The notes beneath the pieces are model-generated. The model ran no database searches and had not been told where the DNA came from. It was given only the letters and a program-made list of their open reading frames with translations. Shown one piece after another: positions 36,684 to 39,903 of a stretch of DNA of 39,903 nucleotides. The translations under genes and the position numbers were made by a program. This DNA comes from a virus: the UHGV virus genome UHGV-0192709; one strand, written 5' to 3'. How positions within the stretch are numbered: position 1 is the stretch's first letter; every line of letters starts with the position of its first letter.

Positions 36684-36953
36684 ATGCCGGAGATTATCAG
36701 CCGGAACATGGAGCGGCAGGACAAGGGCGTGGTGATGGAGATGCGGATCCGGGGGGCGCGGGTGCTGATTCGCAACGACGCTTACCTGGGGATCAGCCCG
36801 GAGGAGCACGCCCGGCGGATGGAACGGGCCCGGCAGGTGGCCCAGGAGATTGTGGACAGGGATTACATGCGCATGCTTGCGCGGGGGGAATGGGACGGGA
36901 AGGCCCCGGCCCCGCCGCTGAAGGCAATGCGGGAGGAGGCGCGGGAGCGGTGA
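36684..36953 (+). CDS. Early hypothetical protein
   Basis: GAGGAG RBS; coupled to the next GTGA start. Confidence 0.65.
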   Translation: MPEIISRNMERQDKGVVMEMRIRGARVLIRNDAYLGISPEEHARRMERARQVAQEIVDRDYMRMLARGEWDGKAPAPPLKAMREEARER

Positions 36954-37120
36954 CGCTGATTATTTACCGGATGGCGGGAAAATATTACGTATCCATTCAT
37001 GGGCAAAGCCGGGAGGGCGCCACGGTGGAAACCCGGGAATTCGCCCGGCTATCCCACCGGGCGTGGGGCTATCTGCGGCGGGCCATGGGGCGGATGCGGG
37101 GGAGGGGCGAAGCATGCTGA
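36950..37120 (+). CDS. Early hypothetical protein
   Basis: GTGA overlap start; TLIIYRMAGKYYVSIHG... Confidence 0.5.
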   Translation: MTLIIYRMAGKYYVSIHGQSREGATVETREFARLSHRAWGYLRRAMGRMRGRGEAC

Positions 37121-37261
37121 GCTTTATTCTGTTCGGGGCGCTGGCGCTGCTGCCCTGCGCGGCGATCGAGGGCGCGCGGGCGATTGAAAAAAAGCGGCGG
37201 GCGGCCCGGGAATGGCGCTATATCAAGGCGCGGTATTTATAAAAAAGGGAGGAACGGGAGC

Positions 37262-37780
37262 ATGGGGGACAAGCTGAAAAAGCGATATCGCCGGGCGGAG
37301 CGGCTGCTGGACGCGGCGGCGAAGCAACTGGAGCGCAGCCTGGCGGGCTGGCGGCAGGGGGCCGCGCCGGAGGAGCGGGCGGAGAACCGGGAGCGGCTGA
37401 ACGGCTATGTGCGCAGGGCGCTGGAGGAAATGACGCGGATTTTCCAAACGCCGGGGGCGGACGAATACGCGAAAAAATGGCTGTGGCACAAATTAAAGCA
37501 ATTGGAGGGGCTGCTGGCCCGGGGGGCGGCGGAGGAGGCGGCCTGGGAAAGGGGAGAGCGGGAGCGTGCAGGCGTACAAGCTGATGTACAACAAAAAAAT
37601 TCCGGAGGACGACCGGGCGAAGAAGCTGAAGGAGGGGAAGAAGGGCCCGGGCTGGAACGTGCGGGAGCCTGCGATGAAGGTGCTTCGGGGGGAGGCGCGG
37701 AACGCGGTGTTTCTGGCGATGGACGCGGAGGGCGCCATGGCGATACACACGGCGGCGCGGAAGTACATTCGGCGGAATAA
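37262..37780 (+). CDS. Early hypothetical protein (helical; C-terminal part overlaps the next gene)
   Basis: GGAGG RBS before MGDKLKK. Confidence 0.55.
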   Translation: MGDKLKKRYRRAERLLDAAAKQLERSLAGWRQGAAPEERAENRERLNGYVRRALEEMTRIFQTPGADEYAKKWLWHKLKQLEGLLARGAAEEAAWERGERERAGVQADVQQKNSGGRPGEEAEGGEEGPGLERAGACDEGASGGGAERGVSGDGRGGRHGDTHGGAEVHSAE

Positions 37781-37874
37781 GCTGCCGCTGGCGGTGGTAA
37801 AGCGGGGACGGCTGATCTTTATCATCACAGAAGAAAAGAAAAAGGCCATGCAGAGGGAGCGGGAAACATGCTGA
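37566..37874 (+). CDS. Early hypothetical protein
   Basis: Plausible alpha/beta sequence; overlaps the start of 37868. Confidence 0.55.
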   Translation: MQAYKLMYNKKIPEDDRAKKLKEGKKGPGWNVREPAMKVLRGEARNAVFLAMDAEGAMAIHTAARKYIRRNKLPLAVVKRGRLIFIITEEKKKAMQRERETC

Positions 37875-38080
37875 ACGATGGATGCTGCAAGGATTGCGTC
37901 GCGCCGGAGCGGCACGTGGGCTGCCGGGCGGAATGCCCAAAGTGGGCGGAGCACGAGGAGAGGAAACGGAAGAAGCAGGCGGAAATGGAGGCCCGGCGGG
38001 CGGGAACCTATCACAGCGCGCGGAAGGAAGAATGCTATCTGGAGAAGCTGCGGCAGAAGAACCGGGTGCGGCGGCAATGA
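37868..38080 (+). CDS. Small Cys/His zinc-binding protein
   Basis: CCKDC...RHVGCRAECPKW. Confidence 0.7.
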   Translation: MLNDGCCKDCVAPERHVGCRAECPKWAEHEERKRKKQAEMEARRAGTYHSARKEECYLEKLRQKNRVRRQ

Positions 38081-38241
38081 CGGCGCTGAAGCTGGGCATG
38101 CAGGCGGCGCTGGAGGCGCTGCGGGCCATGCGGCAGGGGAAAGCGGCCATTCGCATGGCGGAGCGGGCGCGGAGAGCGCGGGAGGCGCAGGCGCGGGCGC
38201 GGCGGAAGCGGCGGCGGGGACGGATTCAGGCGGGCGGATAA
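38077..38241 (+). CDS. Small basic protein
   Basis: ATGA overlap with the previous gene; Arg/Ala-rich. Confidence 0.5.
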   Translation: MTALKLGMQAALEALRAMRQGKAAIRMAERARRAREAQARARRKRRRGRIQAGG

Positions 38242-38253
38242 CGCGCCCGCGCA

Positions 38254-38347
38254 TGCCGGGGGCAAGCGCCGGGGGGCCATGAGAAAATAATCATGGACAG
38301 GATGTGCCAATCCGCCCCCCTGCGGGGTGCAAATCCCCGCACCGGCA
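38254..38347 (+). ncRNA. tRNA-like structured RNA (not a canonical tRNA)
   Basis: UGCCGG/CCGGCA closing stem, D-like hairpin, GGGGGGC/GCCCCCC arm carrying two sub-hairpins, T-arm UGCGGGG-UGCAAAU-CCCCGCA; fills an intergenic gap. Confidence 0.65.
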
Positions 38348-38378
38348 AGAGGCGAAAAAAGCGAAAAAGGGGGAGGGG

Positions 38379-38606
38379 ATGCGGACGAGGACGAAATGGA
38401 ACGATTCAGAGGCCGTATGCCCTTTTTTTATGGCGCACGGGGCGCGGGAGATCGTATGCGAATCGCCCGTGCCGGAGAGCAAGCTGAAGCTGATATTTGC
38501 AAACGGGCAGGGGAAGGGCATGCAGTACCGGGCGTTTTGCTGCGGGAAATACCAAAACTGCGAAGTATACAGGAGCGTGATGGACACCTATGCGGACGGA
38601 GATTAA
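38379..38606 (+). CDS. Small Cys-rich phage protein
   Basis: VCPFF...IVCES...FCC..YQNCEVY motif; purine-rich RBS. Confidence 0.7.
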   Translation: MRTRTKWNDSEAVCPFFMAHGAREIVCESPVPESKLKLIFANGQGKGMQYRAFCCGKYQNCEVYRSVMDTYADGD

Positions 38607-39150
38607 ATGGATTCCCATCAAGGAGCGGCTGCCGGAGAAGGCGGACGCGGACGGGCGGGGCGGCGTGCTGATCTGGTGCGGGAGCCTGGGCGCGGGCATG
38701 ACGCGATGGGACAAGGCGGGGCTGTTCCCCGGGGCGACGCACTGGGCCCCGGGCGTGCTGCCCCCGGCGGAGGAGGAAAAGGCGGCGAAAAAGCGGGAAA
38801 TTTTGCGGGAAGCGCAGAAATGGGGCCTGCCCACCAGCCAGGGGCACATTGAGATGGGCCTGGGAATGGCGGAAAAATACAGCGCGGAATGGCTTTTCGC
38901 GGCCATGGCCCGGGCGGCGGGCGGGAAGGACATGAACTGGGGCTACGTGGAGGGCATTTTAAAAAGCTGGGCCCGCAAGGGGGGCATGGACGAGCGGGGC
39001 ACGGGCGGGAAGCAGAACTGCGGCAAAAAGGTGAGCGCCCAATGCTACGCACAGCGCGAGTATACGGAGGAGGAGATGCTTGCTTTTTCCGACAATCTCT
39101 TCGAGGAGGCGCGAAAAATGGCGGAAATGGAGGGGGAGGAAGAGACATGA
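38590..39150 (+). CDS. DnaD/DnaB_2-domain replication protein with a DUF551-like N-terminus
   Basis: KWIPIKERLPE...THW at the N-terminus; WGYVEGILKSW (YxxxIxxxW) and YAQREYT at the C-terminus. Confidence 0.72.
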   Translation: MRTEIKWIPIKERLPEKADADGRGGVLIWCGSLGAGMTRWDKAGLFPGATHWAPGVLPPAEEEKAAKKREILREAQKWGLPTSQGHIEMGLGMAEKYSAEWLFAAMARAAGGKDMNWGYVEGILKSWARKGGMDERGTGGKQNCGKKVSAQCYAQREYTEEEMLAFSDNLFEEARKMAEMEGEEET

Positions 39151-39903
39151 AGGCTTACAAAGGGTTTGACAAAAACATGCGGTGCAGGGGCTACCAATTC
39201 GCGGAGGGCGAGACGTATGTGCACGACGGGCCTTTGTCGCTGTGCGAAAGCGGCTTCCACGCCTGCCAGGACCCCGTGGATTGCCTGCGGTACTATGACC
39301 CATGCACCAGCGTCTATCACGAGGTGGAGATTGATGGCGTAAGCGACGAGCGCGAAGGAGATACAAAAGTCGTGGGCAAAAAGATCAGAATCGGCGCGCG
39401 GATCGGGATCGCTGAGATGGTTAAAGCCAGCGTTGACCTTACGTTTGCAGCCTGCAGGGACGCGGAAAATGCGGATGCCGCCAGCGGGGACGGCAGCCGC
39501 CAGTCTGCCAGCGGGGACGGCAGCCGCCAGGCAGCCAGCGGGGGCTGGAGCATCCAGTCCGCCAGAGGGAACAACAGCATCCAGGCCGCCAGCGGGGGCT
39601 GGAGCATCCAGTCCGCCAGCGGGCACGCGAGCCGCCAGGCCGCCAGCGGGGGCTGGAGCATCCAGTCCGCCAGCGGGAACAACAGCATCCAGGCCGCCAG
39701 CGGGGACGGCAGCCGCCAGGCCGCCAGCGGGCGCGAGAGCAGCCAAGTTGCCAGCGGGCACGCGAGCCGCCAGGTCGCCAGCGGGGACACAAGCAGCCAG
39801 GAAACAACCGGAAAAAACTGCGTAATGATGTCCGCCGGAAACAGCGGAAAGGCGCGTGGGAAAATCGGCTCGTGGATCGTTTTGACGGAATGGGTGGACG
39901 GCG
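39147..39903 (+). CDS. Phage 'MKAYKGFD' family protein with 9-aa repeats, 3'-truncated by the window edge; paralog of 703..1
   Basis: ATGA overlap with the previous gene; MKAYKGFDKNMRCRGYQFAEGETYVHDGPLSLCESGFHACQDP...; open to the window end. Confidence 0.9.
   Translation, partial: MKAYKGFDKNMRCRGYQFAEGETYVHDGPLSLCESGFHACQDPVDCLRYYDPCTSVYHEVEIDGVSDEREGDTKVVGKKIRIGARIGIAEMVKASVDLTFAACRDAENADAASGDGSRQSASGDGSRQAASGGWSIQSARGNNSIQAASGGWSIQSASGHASRQAASGGWSIQSASGNNSIQAASGDGSRQAASGRESSQVASGHASRQVASGDTSSQETTGKNCVMMSAGNSGKARGKIGSWIVLTEWVDG
39477..39800 (+). repeat. In-frame 27-bp tandem repeat, 12 units
   Basis: Units such as AASGDGSRQ, AASGGWSIQ (three times), SASGNNSIQ, VASGHASRQ. Confidence 0.9.
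39825..39903. repeat. Right copy of the 79-bp terminal inverted repeat
   Basis: Exact reverse complement of 1..79. Confidence 0.97.

Larger units (their letters stand above)
1..39903. mobile_element. Temperate podovirus-like phage genome, near complete, probably excised/circular form
   Basis: Packaging, head, podo-type tail, lysis, integrase, repressor and early modules are all present. No tape measure or tail tube, no host genes, and the integrase is internal. Confidence 0.93.

Noticed and set aside
38254..38347. Canonical tRNA gene
   Set aside because: No anticodon stem-loop, no TTC in the T-loop and no CCA; retained only as a tRNA-like RNA.

Overview
Near-complete genome (~40 kb, high GC) of a temperate podovirus-type phage, probably of a Clostridia/Bacillota host. 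It appears to be the excised form, because the serine integrase is internal and has phage genes on both sides. Gene order: HUH/Rep-like gene, terS, terL, portal, scaffold, N4-gp56-type capsid, adaptor, nozzle, ejection protein, a 3358-aa polyvalent protein, tail fibre/receptor-binding genes, lysis, a low-GC multi-HTH moron, a three-gene accessory operon, large serine integrase, immunity region, two tandem triple-RHH cassettes and an early/replication operon. Both window ends run out through paralogous 9-aa-repeat genes whose last 79 bp form a perfect inverted repeat. The most notable unexplained signals are: (1) a complete antisense unit (consensus promoter, 76-nt structured RNA, U-tract) inside the giant gene, just after a putative nuclease module; (2) a 94-nt tRNA-shaped intergenic RNA; (3) a twin-GNRA-hairpin small RNA; (4) a repeated terminator/promoter motif ahead of the late modules; (5) six ribbon-helix-helix genes in two parallel cassettes. 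All family assignments come from reading motifs by eye; no searches were run.
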